A stretch of DNA of 64,000 nt from Ptychomitrium polyphyllum. Lineage: Eukaryota. The number at the start of each line of letters is the position of its first letter. Positions within the stretch are counted from its first letter, which is position 1. The stretch spans positions 13,888,001 to 13,952,000 of the forward strand of contig OZ316776.1 of assembly GCA_973851085.1 (NCBI GenBank), read 5' to 3'. The position numbers and the translations under genes are program-made. This document shows positions 39,501-51,980 of the stretch, one piece after another. The notes under the pieces were generated by a model. It was not told where the DNA came from. It searched no databases and was given only the letters and a program-made list of their open reading frames with translations.

Positions 39501-40926
39501 ACAATTTTTTTTCTCATCTTTTGTTTGAGTTTCAAAACTTAGTGTGAGAACATTTGATTATTGTGATTTTTGTATCAACAATAATCATTTTAGAACTAGC
39601 CTAATATAATTAGGGATTTTTTGGCAAGATGTATCCAAGTTACAAACTTAATAATTAGTTGATAGAGCTGAAAATCACCAAACTCTCATTAAAAATTTGC
39701 CTCTACAGTCACCGCCTTTAATCTTCAAAGGGGCAATCATACTTTGTATTTAATTTTTATATCACCAAATTTCAAATAAACTTTAAAATTCAAAAAACTT
39801 AAAGTCTTTTAGAAATTACTTACAAACAAAATATTTACAATGTTGAGTAAATTTTTTGTTATAGATTTGAAATGTGATACTTTGAATTTGGTAATTACTT
39901 AATTACATAAAACAATGAGCTCAAATTATTTCAGACCTAATTTTTTTTAAATAATTTACTCAACATACTTTTACTTTTTTAATTATTGAAAACCAATGAA
40001 AATTTCATTTTAGAATTCAAATTGTTGAACTTATGACTTAAAAATCTATTGTATAGAAAATCTCATCCAATTTCAAAGATATTGAAGGTTGAAAGTGCTC
40101 ATCACCTACTTCATGGTGCTACATCACTTATGGGTTAACAGTGATTTGTAAAATAGCTATGGAAAGGATAAACAGCCATAGTTCAGAACTTCAGTGGACT
40201 CATAGAGATATTTAAAATATGCGATTTAGTTTGTTTCTTAAAAGTTTAAAGATTTTAATTAATTTTTACCTGTCTGTTTTTCAGTTCGCAGACTGAAGGA
40301 AAGGCGACGGCAGAGTCACAGGCAGTGACAGGCCAAGGGCTGTAATAACGCAGGGGAGTGGTTAGGACAGACTGAACCAGAGTGCAAAACAAAATGCACA
40401 AGAAACGGGAAGGCTGTTGATGAGGCTGCGCAATTCTGGAGCTGGTGTAGAGTTGCTCTGCAGACTACAGGGTGAGAGCAGGCGAGGATGGACCGACCAG
40501 GTGAAAGCAACAATCAAAGTAGCCTAGCACTGGAGTCGCTACATAATAGACTGAATTGAAAAATCCAAGGTAGCTTGATTCAACTATTTTACTACAACAA
40601 TCTATTATGCTATACTAAAATAATAGTTGTTGGAAGATTCATTTGAAGTCATGATTATAAATATTGTAGATATTGAGTCTTTAAACAACCATTATTGAAT
40701 GCAATTGGTTACTTGGAATTCCTTCTAAATTAATGAATGATTCAACATTTCACTTTAACTTAGAATAATTAAAAATGAAAGTGGTCTTGGGAGGTGCTAT
40801 GGATTTTGGATGTGACTTTAATATCCAAAAATTTCAACAAATTTATATAATATCAACCAATAACTAATTATATACTTTTAAGACTTATCTGCCAACCTTA
40901 AAACTTGTAATTTGTAATTTGCCTAG

Positions 40927-41124
40927 TTAAGTATTAAAAAATAAAGTGGCCAATTCTACAAGTTTGCTCATCAACGACAAGTGCACCTTTGACAAATGTC
41001 TTCCAAGGACATCTAAAGACTTGTTGAAGTGGTACAACAATGCTCCATTATTATATTCTATCTCAACTAAGGTGTGGAAGCGGAAATTCAACTTTTTAAC
41101 CACTCTCTTATACTCTTTTACCAT
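40927..41124 (-). pseudogene. Retrotransposon gag fragment
   Basis: VKEY..FHTLVEIEYNNGALLYHFNKSL resembles the Retrotrans_gag C-terminal motif. Confidence 0.45.
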
Positions 41125-42233
41125 GTACTTTTATATTTAATTACAACTATACCATGTACTTTTTTATAAATGAAAAAAATAATTGAACAACCAATGGTTG
41201 TACAAAATATAATAGAAGAGTAGTTTGAGGCTCTACAAAATATAATTTAATAAAAACTTGCTAAAAATATAATTTCAAAGGATATTTTGATGGAAAAGGA
41301 TGTCACTTGACTTTTTTTTTAGTCTTATTTAAAAAAAAAATTATTTAATATGATTATGTGTTTGTTTTTATTTTAATAAGAACAATATCATTATTAAATG
41401 CAATACACTTAAGGTCATGCTAAATGAAAATTTGTTAATTTATGTTGTTGTTGACATGTCAAGTTTAATGTTCAATATATCTTTGATTGTATATAAGATG
41501 TAACATTAAATATAATATGAAGGAATGCACTTTCCAATATGTAGTATTAAATACTAAAGATTTTTAAGACAAAATTGTATTTACAATTCAAATGTACACC
41601 CCATGATTCTTAATTTTTAAGCTTATGAATATTTCGTTAAATTTTTTATAAAAGAAATGTGTGTGATCTACCAATTTTCTATTGGAATTTTCCTTTGTCT
41701 CTAACAAAATTGTATAGGTAGTATATGCAACCATATAAATACTCTTTCACTATGAACACTTGCCATATAAAACTTGTAGTAGTCTTTTTGTCTATAAAAT
41801 TTACTTGGGCTAGAATTCATGTTAGCCCATGTTTGGTGTAAATCCAATTTAGGAATATCAATGCTCTCCACCAATGAGATTGCCCTATTTGTTTAGGACC
41901 TGGAGCATAGAACTCACTGTAAACAAGCCATAATTTTTATCAGTTTTTGAGTCATGTGATTTCCCTCCTTTATGTTTTTGCCATTTACAGAAGGGCAAAT
42001 GAAAAAGGCACCGCTCCAGAAAGGGAGATTCCGACGGCCACTTTAGCTGCTAAATAGACTGGGAGACTTGTTGCAAGTATGAGGTAGAACAATCTCTGTG
42101 CCTTTTATAATCTTATGTGATCCACCCATCCAGTTCAAAATTGCAAATGAGGTTATGCAGAATGTTAGTAAAGATACCTCATATCCTATGAACAAAGAGT
42201 AAGAAATTTAATTGAAATGCCACTATCCCCGCA

Positions 42234-42368
42234 TTACATGGCTAACAGAAATTACACCAAACATGGGCTAACATGAAATTACATGGCTAACAGAAATTAC
42301 ATGGCTAACAGAAATTACAAGGGCTAACAGAAATTACACCAAACATGGGCTAACATGAAATTACAAGG
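42234..42368. repeat. Mosaic tandem array of 18-bp (TTACATGGCTAACAGAAA) and 27-bp units
   Basis: 26 bp of the longer unit (42252-42277, 42334-42359) is the exact reverse complement of 41816-41841. Confidence 0.9.
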
Positions 42369-43547
42369 GTAATGACCTAGGTCTAATATATAATAATGTG
42401 CGTGGCTGCACAAGAAAAAGTATATACTGGTAATCTTGGTGTTTCAGATGCGTTATGGATAATATTTGAAAACTCAGGATGTTGTGTGAATCTATTCGGT
42501 AGCTGAGCACACTGTGCGGAGCTCTACGAGTAGCCAAAATCAGTCCGTGCATGAGTACCTTCACGTCCGAGACAATCGTGGCGTCAAACAACGTTTGCAT
42601 CTCTCTACAAAAGCATGAATCCAGATTTTCTTATGGGCAGTCGAGGACGAGAGGAGGGTACTGAGGGCAATGCATTGCCAAGAAGCAAGATCACTGTAAC
42701 TGTACGCGATCCAAGTCCCGAGATGGCAGAGCAGGGAGTCCGAAATGCGCATGCATCATCGATGATGACAAACACCTCCGGCGCGTCGTTACCTCGAGGC
42801 GCAGCGTCCTTGGCGGGGGCAATTAACATGCGACAAAACCGAAAGGCTAAATCGGGCAGCTTGATCCATGCCCGTCGGACCGTTGTCCTGGGTCCCCGCA
42901 TGAGCAGCCCCGTTGGTCGGTGGGCACCGGCTGTGATGGCTATGGCTATGGCAGCAGCAGTAGCAGTCACGGCTGTGGCCATTACGCTGTTAACCGTGTT
43001 GTCGTACTGGTCAACCGATTGATGTGCCCAGCCCTCTTTGTACAGGACCAACCAGACTCGGTGCAGCTCAAGAGCTGCAATAGCTGTACCGGTGATAGAA
43101 GTGAGAGTTAATCGCAGGACACATTTCACGTTGGCAGCCCTTGACCACGAGAGAGAGGATAAATTGGAGTGCTTCAGCGGTCTTTTGTTCGAGCGCTTTT
43201 GCGGGAGTACTTGCTTTGCATAAGTTTCGTGGAGAAGTCAGATCGATCTGCAGTTGTGTCAGATAGACTATGACCAGATTCCGCTACAGTACTTGCATTA
43301 CTCTGTTACGACGCTAATGTCGTCGTCGTCTATTTAGTCGCGACTGCCTGGCAGATAAATTATGCCTGCCATCATTACTTTTCTGCTTCTTCCTAGAATT
43401 CTGCTCCTTCTGATTCTTCACTTATTCAACAATGTTTCAGAACAATTCCTCCCAATCCGGTGCTGTGCACATACAGTCTGTGATAAAACATGAGTTCGTT
43501 GATTGTAGTTTCCTTAGGCAGCGCAAGTTATCCTGATTAACACTTCA

Positions 43548-43581
43548 CCACGTCATTGGAGTTGGAAGTGGCTCTTATAAA
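43548..43581 (+). promoter_or_regulatory. Putative glutaredoxin core promoter: TGACGTGG (minus strand) and TATA box
   Basis: CCACGTCA at 43548-43555; TATAAA at 43576-43581; plausible 5' UTR intron 43813 (GTGAG) to 44085 (TTCCACAG). Confidence 0.45.
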
Positions 43582-44091
43582 CTGCTGAAGAGGTGCAACA
43601 TCTCTTCTTTACTGGTGAACTAGAGTATCTGGTGACTCCGGCGAGCGAACAATCAACAAACTACTGTTGCTGCTTACACCGCGACTCCAGAGTCTTATTG
43701 TACTAGGAATTATTTCGGGGTTGTGAGCCGGCTCCATGCCAAGTAGGATCGTTGTCACAAACAACGAGTACGTTGTAAAAAACGTTCAGTATTAGTTCTA
43801 GTTTCGAAAGACGTGAGCGAAATTTGGTAGCCTTATAGTGACTTCATGCTTGATAATTACTCTTAGAATATTAGTGGTGAACTTGCCGTACATCTGAGAT
43901 TCCGAAATTTCAGCAAAACCAGAGATTTTATTTATATGTATCCGAATCAAACTAATATTACTTAACTCAAGAGCCAAACAATTCCGGCTGCAACGTTTGC
44001 CGAGGCGGTGCAGTTAGTAGGTGGGTGGGTGCTGTGGGGAAGCGAGGAAGCACTCCAGTCCCATCCATTTTTTTCCATTCCACAGTTGTCC

Positions 44092-44454
44092 ATGGGGAGC
44101 AATGAGGAGCAGCGGGAGACTGTAGCGACGCAGATCATTGACAAGCTGGTGCAGGAGAATGCGGTGGTCATCTTCAGTCGCAGCGGGTGCTGCATGTGCC
44201 ACGTCGTGAAGCGCCTCTTTTGCAACCTGGGCGTCGGCCCCACGGTGTATGAGCTGGACGAGCGCGCCGAAGGGGCCGACATGGAGAAGGTTCTCCTGCA
44301 ACTCGAGGGCACTCCTAGCGATGACAGGACGGCGGCGCTGCCCATGGTGTTCGTGGGCGGCAAGCTTGTAGGTGGACTGGACGCCGTCATGGCCGCGCAT
44401 CTCAGTGGGAACCTCGTGCCCCGCCTCAAGGAAGCCGGCGCACTCTGGTTGTAG
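44092..44454 (+). CDS. ROXY: CC-type glutaredoxin (ROXY class), 120 aa
   Basis: AVVIFS..CCMCH active site, LPMVFVGGKLVGG, C-terminal LVPRL and ALWL motifs; GC-rich intact ORF; first ATG at 44092. Confidence 0.97.
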   Translation: MGSNEEQRETVATQIIDKLVQENAVVIFSRSGCCMCHVVKRLFCNLGVGPTVYELDERAEGADMEKVLLQLEGTPSDDRTAALPMVFVGGKLVGGLDAVMAAHLSGNLVPRLKEAGALWL

Positions 44455-45839
44455 CCCCATCAGTTCTACCTTGAGTGCACTGTCCAGTCCATCTACTATC
44501 TCAATCTATTACACTCGGATATTGCTGGCCTAAGCTCCGCTCAATGCTTCGTGTTCTAAGAATTCGACCTACAGTTCAACAACTTCAGTGAGAGTCACCT
44601 GAGTTTGTGGAGCTGATTGCATTTGTCAACTATGTGATTTGTTCTAATACCACAACAATCTAGATGTGCCAGTCTATCCAGGTATAGTTTCACATATACA
44701 CACTAGAATTATTTGTAGTGCTGATACTAGGGGCTCTAGTCAGTACATGCCCCATTATGACGTCAAACTATGACTTTTAGGCGGTCCTACTCAGTGTACG
44801 TTTCTCAGCTCTTAGTTTTTGCTGTGTAGATTTTTACATGTCGGGAACCACGATATAATTCCAGTATATGCATTTCACCCAAGTTCAGTCAGTGTGTGAC
44901 ATAATAATTTGCAGCATATATCCGCAGATACATCAATTAACTCGATCCGTTTGAAGTTGATAGCACAGTTGCTATCTCAAATGAGGGAATCTGACTAGAG
45001 ACACAGACACAGACCAACGGAGATGGGTTCGGAAGAAAAAATATTGGTCGATGAAGGCCAGTAGTAACACTTTGCACGTCATAGATTCGTAAATCGCCGC
45101 TGGAGAAATCTGAAATGTCTGACAACCGTGCGCAACTATGGCATTGGACGCTTGCCTATGGAATTTGAATGTGAAACACAAGAGCATCTATGCAATTTGT
45201 ATGCAACTATAGAATTTTGGGGTTGAGTATGGGATGAGAAGTCGACTCTTTATGGAATTTCTGTGCAACTACGGAAGTGCGGCAAAACCGACCTATCTCC
45301 GATTTGGAAACAGAGTTCTCCATACTCAGAACTAATTTTCTTAGTTCATGACACATGGGACAGATAGTCTCTTCGTCTGTGTCCGTGTGCGAATTTAGGC
45401 TTTTCTGTTTTGTTTTGAGAGGGACTGCTTGTGCAAGTTTGGTAAACTATTGAGGTGCTGCAATGTTGCGGCAATTTCTTCAAGAGGTGCATTCTCCACA
45501 AAGTTGTGAATGTTTTCTTTCCTGGACATTTAGTTTTGATTTAAGATTTGTGGGGATTCTTTGTCATTACTTGTGCACTTAATAGGCGAACGTAATAGTA
45601 GCATGTGGTCAAACGACCTAGTTTTGTATACTAACATGGCTCTTCTTATTGCCTCTGCAGTCTTGATTGTACATCCAACTTCCTGCAATCTTAATTGTAT
45701 TTCCAGCTTTGCTCTATGTGGGGACTTCCAAATCAGGTCGTTGAATCATTGGAAGTTACATGGGCCATGATCTATGTTGTGTAGACTTCCTTATATTGGC
45801 AACACACAAAGCACTTAAAAATCTAGCATGTCCACTATG

Positions 45840-46740
45840 TATTGAAGAAATATAATAAGACTAGTATAACAAGCAAAAACAAAGTAAGGTTGTAATAAGA
45901 GAAGTGTGGAGTAAGATGACTCTTACTTTCAACATAGTCACTTATATAGTGAAAAAAGATAATTAAGGGCATCCAAGCCTAGGTGCCATTCTTAACCAAG
46001 AACCAACATTAGATCCTTGTTATTTTTCCTTAACCTTAGCCTCCATATCCTCTATGACTTCTTCCTAAACATTCATTTAACTACTAGCAACCTATCAAGT
46101 GCAAGTCTTATACAAGGAAAATTCAATTAGAATTACTTTATATATTTCACCCTTTTCAACACTCCTACTTTGCTATTGGTTAAACCACCTTCAATTCACT
46201 TGATCTCATTAACCAGTTGTTTTTAACCTTCACCAAAGCTTATGTATACAAATAAGCAAGCATGCCTTCTGTTGCACAATACTTCATATCTATTACTCCA
46301 TACTCAATCTATTATCAAATAAATGATGTTGGATATTGATGTGCTTTATTTATAAGTAATGCTTGATATTCCTAATAAAGACAAGAGATCCTTGATGTTG
46401 CATATGATGTGTGTTGCATCTACTTGTACAAGTCCAACATCCTTTGTAGACTGCTTCAACCACATTGCCTTCATTGCACCATGACTTGCTACCTTATACT
46501 CCACCTCCATGGTTGACCTTACACTTGTCGGTTGCCTCTAGTAAATCCAAGAGATGGCTTCTATTCCAACAAAGAATACAAAACTTGTTGTAGAATTCCT
46601 ATTATTTGCAACTCCAACCAAATCTGCAACACAAAACCCTTGCAATTCAATGTTATCACCTCCCAAGCACAACATACAGTTAAAGGTCCTTATCAAGTAC
46701 TTCATGATTCTCATGATGGTTGCCCAATGCATGTGGCTAG
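45840..46740 (-). mobile_element. Ty1/Copia 3' end (RT end, RNase H remnant, PPT, 3' LTR 45840-46161)
   Basis: HWATIMRIMKYL..GFCVADLVG..RNSTTSFVF..AISW; LTR begins TGTTGAAAAGGG on the minus strand after purine tract. Confidence 0.85.
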
Positions 46741-49532
46741 TGTTGCAAAGTGTGAAACATATGAAGTAATCTTAGTTGTAGTGTCCTTGTGTAGGACAAG
46801 AACTTGATATATTGCTAATGGTCAAAGGGGTCTCAAGAAAGAGGCCATCATGAATAAGGAGACTAGGGTTAAGAAAAGGCAACATAGGTTTTGTATGGCG
46901 GCTATGATTAGAGCGGCCGTTAGGGTTAGGGTGGCGGCTATAGCAGCTACGGCGGCTAAGGTTTGCTGCCACATGTCACCAATTAACTGGAGGTAGATGC
47001 ATGGCCACCAAGTGGCACACTTTGGTGGATGACTCCCAAGTATAAGTAAAGGGGTTTTGGAAGTGGGAGTCATCTTGCTCCACACTTCTCTTGTTGCAAC
47101 TTTGCTCTCTCCCTTCTTGCTTGTTGTACTATCTTTGTTGCATTTCTTCAATAGGTTATGGGCCCACTCACACTTAGTTGTGCCTTTTAAAGTAGCTTGA
47201 AGTGTTTGTAGTGGTTGTTCTTGTGTGGAGGAAGATCACTTGGTAGTTATTGAAGATAGAGTTATAAACGCCTAACTTTGAAGTTTTACACATGTAGGTG
47301 CTTGGTTTGATGTTTTCTAATCTTTTGTAGAGTTGTGCATGTTGAAACTCCTTGGATAGTAAGATGCTTTGAGTGATGATAAAACCTTGATAGTGTCTTT
47401 GTTGGATTCAAGCTCCTTAACACCAACTTATTGTGCTTGGTGTTGTTCTCTTGTGAGTTCATTGACAAGTGTGCTTATTGAATGGACATAGTGAGTTGAA
47501 AGGCTTGTCTTCGGAGTCATAGTTGTGAACACTTGTAAGAAGCATAGGACTCAAGGAAATAATTTGTTTGAAGGTATGCTTGTTGCCTCTCTTCTTAAGG
47601 CATAGCTTCGAGTGAAGGTGAAGGTTTGAGGGTCATTCAAAAATTTCATGGTGATAACTTCTACCAATGGAAGGTTAGAATGGAGCTTTGGTTGGCTTCT
47701 TTGGACCTTTGGGACATCATAGATGAGAGTGAGGTTGCTCCACCATTGTCGGCGGATGCAAAGGAGAGGAAGGAGTTCCAGCGTCGTGAAACCAAGGCTT
47801 TTCGCATCCTTGCCACCAACCTTGATGACGCCAATTTTTCCCACATCATCTCTTACACTAGACCAGCAGAAGCGTGGAAGATGCTTTGCAACATCTATGA
47901 GAGCAAGAACCTCTCCAACATCATCTTCACAAGGAGGAAGTTCTTGAATTGCAAGATAGAAGAAAGCCACGACTTCATGGCGCATGTCAACAAGTTGAAG
48001 GCCCTTGCGAGGCAACTTGCCATTGCGGACAAGCCATTGGAGGATTTGGATGTTGTGATTACATTGCTCATGAGCTTGCCAAAGTCCTATAGCTATCTCA
48101 TAGTGGCCTTGGGGTCCATTCCCATCAAGGACCTCACCATAGACTATGTGACGGCGAGATTGAGCCATGAGGAGACCAAGAAGAAGGATCAGGCGAATTC
48201 AAGTGAGGACTCCGCCCTCTTCTCAAGGCAAGGCAAGGCCACCTATTCTAATCAACGTCCAAATCTTCGAACGTGCTTTGTGTGTGGAAAACCAGGTCAT
48301 TTTGCTCGAAATTGCTACAAGGCCAAGAAAGGAGAGAGGGAGGATGCCAACCATGTGATGGACCACCTTGGAGGTGGTGATTGTGCCTTCATGGCAAGCA
48401 AAGGGGCGCCTATGGCGGCCCTATCCAAGTGGATAGTTGATTTGGGCGCCACAAAGCACATGACTCTTTACAAGTGCTCATTCCATACTTATGAGGCAAT
48501 TGCAGCCACTAGTGTGCTCATGGGTGACAATGGCGTGGTGGAGGCCATTGGAATGGGTTCCATTGTGGTGGAGGTTGTTGTCGAAGGCAAGACTAAGAGG
48601 ATCACCTTCAAGGACGTGCTTTATGTGCCAAAGGTGAAGTCCAACCTCCTCCCGGTGAGCAAACTTGTGATGGGAGGGTTTGTGGCTCATTTCAATGTGA
48701 ATGGATGTATTGTGAAGTCTTTGGATGGAGATGTTGTTGCCACGGGGTTGAAGGATGGCAACTTGTACTTCATCAAGTGTAAGAAGGTGAATGGAGTGGA
48801 AGTGGCGGCCTTTGCTGAATTCATTGAAGATGAAGACAAGTTTGGCATATGGCATGGGCGCTTGGGGCACCTTAATGTCAGGGCCATGAAGGAGCTCCAA
48901 GGCATGGTAAGCGGCTTGGATCTGGGTACACCACGCCTCAAGGCCAAGGAACTTGCTTGTGAAGCTTGAATCCAAGGCAAGCAACAAAGGGCGTCGTTTC
49001 TAAGTGGAGTAGCAACTCGTGCAAGCAAATTGTTGGAGATTGTGCATTCCAATGTGTGCGGGCCTATGAGGACTCCATCCATCGGGGGCGCAAGGTACTT
49101 CCTCATCTTCATTGATGATTTTTTGAGGAAAGTATGGGTGTTCGTCCTCAAGGCCAAGAGCGAGTGATTTGCAAGGTTCAAGGAATTCAAGGCGCTTGTG
49201 GAGAAGCAATGTGAGTCCAAGATCAAGGTGTTGCGTTTGGATAATGGTGGTGAGTTCTTATCGAAATGTTTTGATGACTTCTTGAAGAATGAAGGCATTG
49301 CAAGGCAAACCTCCACTCTATACACTCCACAATAAAATGGAGTTGCTGAGAGTGCAAACCGCACCATTGTGGAGATGGCGAGGAGCATGCTTCATGCTCA
49401 ACATCTTGGGCATGAGTTGTGGGCGGAAGCAGTGGTGAATGCGGTGTACACAAGAAATAGGTGCCCTACAAGTGCCCTTGCATCCATGACACCTGAAGAA
49501 GCTTGGAGTGGTAAGAAGCCTTGTGTTTCATA
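46741..49532 (+). mobile_element. Ty1/Copia element, 5' half (LTR 46741-47153, PBS, gag, protease, integrase), truncated after the integrase core
   Basis: LTR TGTTGCAAAG...TTCAATA; PBS GGTTATGGGCCCA at 47154-47166; ORF with NFYQWK, CFVCGKPGHFARNC, WIVDLGATKHM, WHGRLGH, DNGGEF, ARSML. Confidence 0.93.
47602..49532 (+). pseudogene. Copia Gag-PR-IN polyprotein remnant
   Basis: 447-codon open stretch 47626-48969; probable start decayed to ATA at 47602; stops at 48967, ~49165 and ~49333. Confidence 0.88.
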
Positions 49533-50363
49533 CAGCTCCTTTATGGCCTTCACATTCAAGTGCCTAAGGCGGCCATGCCAAATGCCAAACTTGTCTTCAT
49601 CTTGAGTGAATTCCGCAAAAGCCACCACTACCATTCCATTAACTTTCTTGCGTTTGATGGAGTATAAGTTGCCATCCTTCAATCCTGTGACAACAACATC
49701 CTCACCCAATGACTTTGCAACACATCCAATCACATTGAATTGAGCCACATATCCTCCCATCACAAGTTTGCTCATTAAGAAGAGGTTGGACTTCATTTTT
49801 GACACATGGAGCAAGTCGTTGAAGATAGTCCTCTTGGTTTTACCTCCTAAAACATTTTTCACCATAATGGATCCCATTTCAATGGCCTCCACCACGCCAT
49901 TGTCACCCATGAGCACACTGATGGCTAGAATGGCCTCATAAATGTGAAATGAGCACTTATAAGGCGCCATGTGTTTTCAAGTGTACGAATCAACTATCCA
50001 CTTAGATAGGGCAACTATGGGCGGCTTTTCTTTTGCCATGAAGGCACAATCACTACCTCTAAGGTGGTCCATCACAAACAAAGTAAGCTCTAGAGTTTGG
50101 ACGTTGGTTAGAACAAGTAGGCTTTCCTTGCTTAGAGAAGAGGGCCAAGTCCTCTCTTGAAGATCTCTTTACTTTCCTCTTTGTCTTTTTGTGGATCAAT
50201 CATATTGTTGCATAGTCTATGATGAAGTCATTGACTAGAATAGACTTGAAGGCCACTATGAGGTAGCTATAGGACTCTGACAAGCTCATTAGCAATGTAA
50301 TTACAACATCCTAATCCTCCAATGGCTTGTTCACAATGGCAAGATTCCTTGCAAGGGCCTTCA

Positions 50364-51506
50364 TGTCGCGCACCTTGCCTTGAGGAGTGCTCGCAACACT
50401 AAGGGTACAAGGGGGACTTTGAAGTGACGTCCGAGACTTGTGGCGCCGATAGTGAAGAGAACCAAGTGGGCCTAACATGGGAAGGACCCCTAGGGGGAGA
50501 AACATCCTTGCCCATGTAGATTGAGGGCCACATGGGATAAATCGTGGGCATTAAAGGAATCATGAAGAGTTGATTCTAGAATGCTAAGGATTGCCCAAAT
50601 CGGATATGGGAGCTAAAAATTATGGCACCCCAAAGTTGGGGTTGCCAAGGGGCTGTTTTAGAGTGTGGCAGCCCTACACAGTGACTTTGCTGGAGTGGGA
50701 TAGTCCAGGGAGGGACTCCCCGGGAGTCCCGAACCTTGAGAGAAGCGTATCTCCCACAATACTAACTCAAATTGGACGTTTGAGGAGTCTATCGGCATCT
50801 ACGCAAAAATTAAATGACAATAGAGTGGTCGTTTGATACATTCGGGCACCAAATGAGGAAGATATGGCACCCTGAAGGTCCGCTAAGAGTCCCAGAGGCT
50901 TCCAGCGGCTAAGTCCCAAGGGAGATCGGGTGGTCTTCCAAAACTCTAGGTGTGTCGGGGTTCAGCTAGCTCCAGAGGGCCAGGGGGCCTGCCGAATCCC
51001 ACAGAGAGTACTATAAGGGAGGGCTGGTCCCCCTCCCCATTCCCCTAGTGTCCCAGTAGAGACCAAAGGTGAGTCCCGGTTGGTGGAGCTAGTACTGGGG
51101 CTTGACCACGGGGACTCCCACACCATTGTGAGCCGATGGACGGCCGGTTTCACAAAGGGAACTAGCACGTTCAAAAGGGTACGCATGTTACCACTAAATT
51201 GGGGTGGTGTCTTCACGCCGGCACCATGATGGCCCGGGGTGATTTTAGGATCACATGGGCATCATGAGTGGTGGTGAGGAGACACCACTAAGTGCAGTTA
51301 GGCCGTGTGGAATGGGAGTAACACCAAAGAGGCCTTGGACATGAATGGAAGTCCGCACCTAACCATTGGCTACTAATAAATTGGGTGTCTTAAGAGAAAT
51401 GGTAGAAAGACTTGAAAAGTGAAAATGAAGGTTAACCATGTGCATGTGGGGTGTACAGGGTTGACGCGCGTGACGCTTGCTAAGGTGCATTGCAAGCGTT
51501 TCAACA
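50364..51506 (+). mobile_element. Solo LTR, family A
   Basis: TGTCGCGCAC...TTCAACA; TSD CTTCA at 50359-50363 and 51507-51511. Confidence 0.95.
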
Positions 51507-51980
51507 CTTCAACTTATTGACATGCGTCATGAGGTTCTCCTCTTCTTCCATCTTGCAGTTCAAGAACTTCTTCCTTGTAAATATGATTTAGAAGAGGTTT
51601 TTGCCTTTTTAGATGTTGCAAAGAATCTTCAACGCTTCTACTAGTCCTTTACAAGAGATAATATAAGCAAAAGTTGGCATCATCAAGGTTATTAGCAAGG
51701 ATGCCAAAAGCCTTCTTTTCACAACGATGGAACTCTTTTCTCTCCTTTGCATCCGCCAACTATGGTGGAGCAACCTCATTGTTGTCTATAATTTTCCAAA
51801 GGTCCAAAAGAGCCAACAAGTTGTTCATTTGGAAGCTTTTATTGCTAGAAGGTGTTATCATGAAACTTTTAAAAGTCCTTGCATCTTTCACATTCCATTA
51901 CAACCATGCTCAAACAACAAGATAATAAGTGTACCTTCAAATACATTTTTATTCAATCTGTATGCTTCTTACAAGATTTT

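Noticed and set aside
44008..44091. GTG-initiated N-terminal extension of the glutaredoxin
   Set aside because: Non-ATG start overlapping a polypyrimidine/CAG acceptor; ATG at 44092 gives a typical length
43962..44460. Two antisense ORFs of ~150 aa over the glutaredoxin
   Set aside because: Expected shadow frames of a GC-rich CDS
46920..46931. TTAGGGTTAGGG telomere-like motif
   Set aside because: Only two units inside a Copia LTR; not an interstitial telomere array
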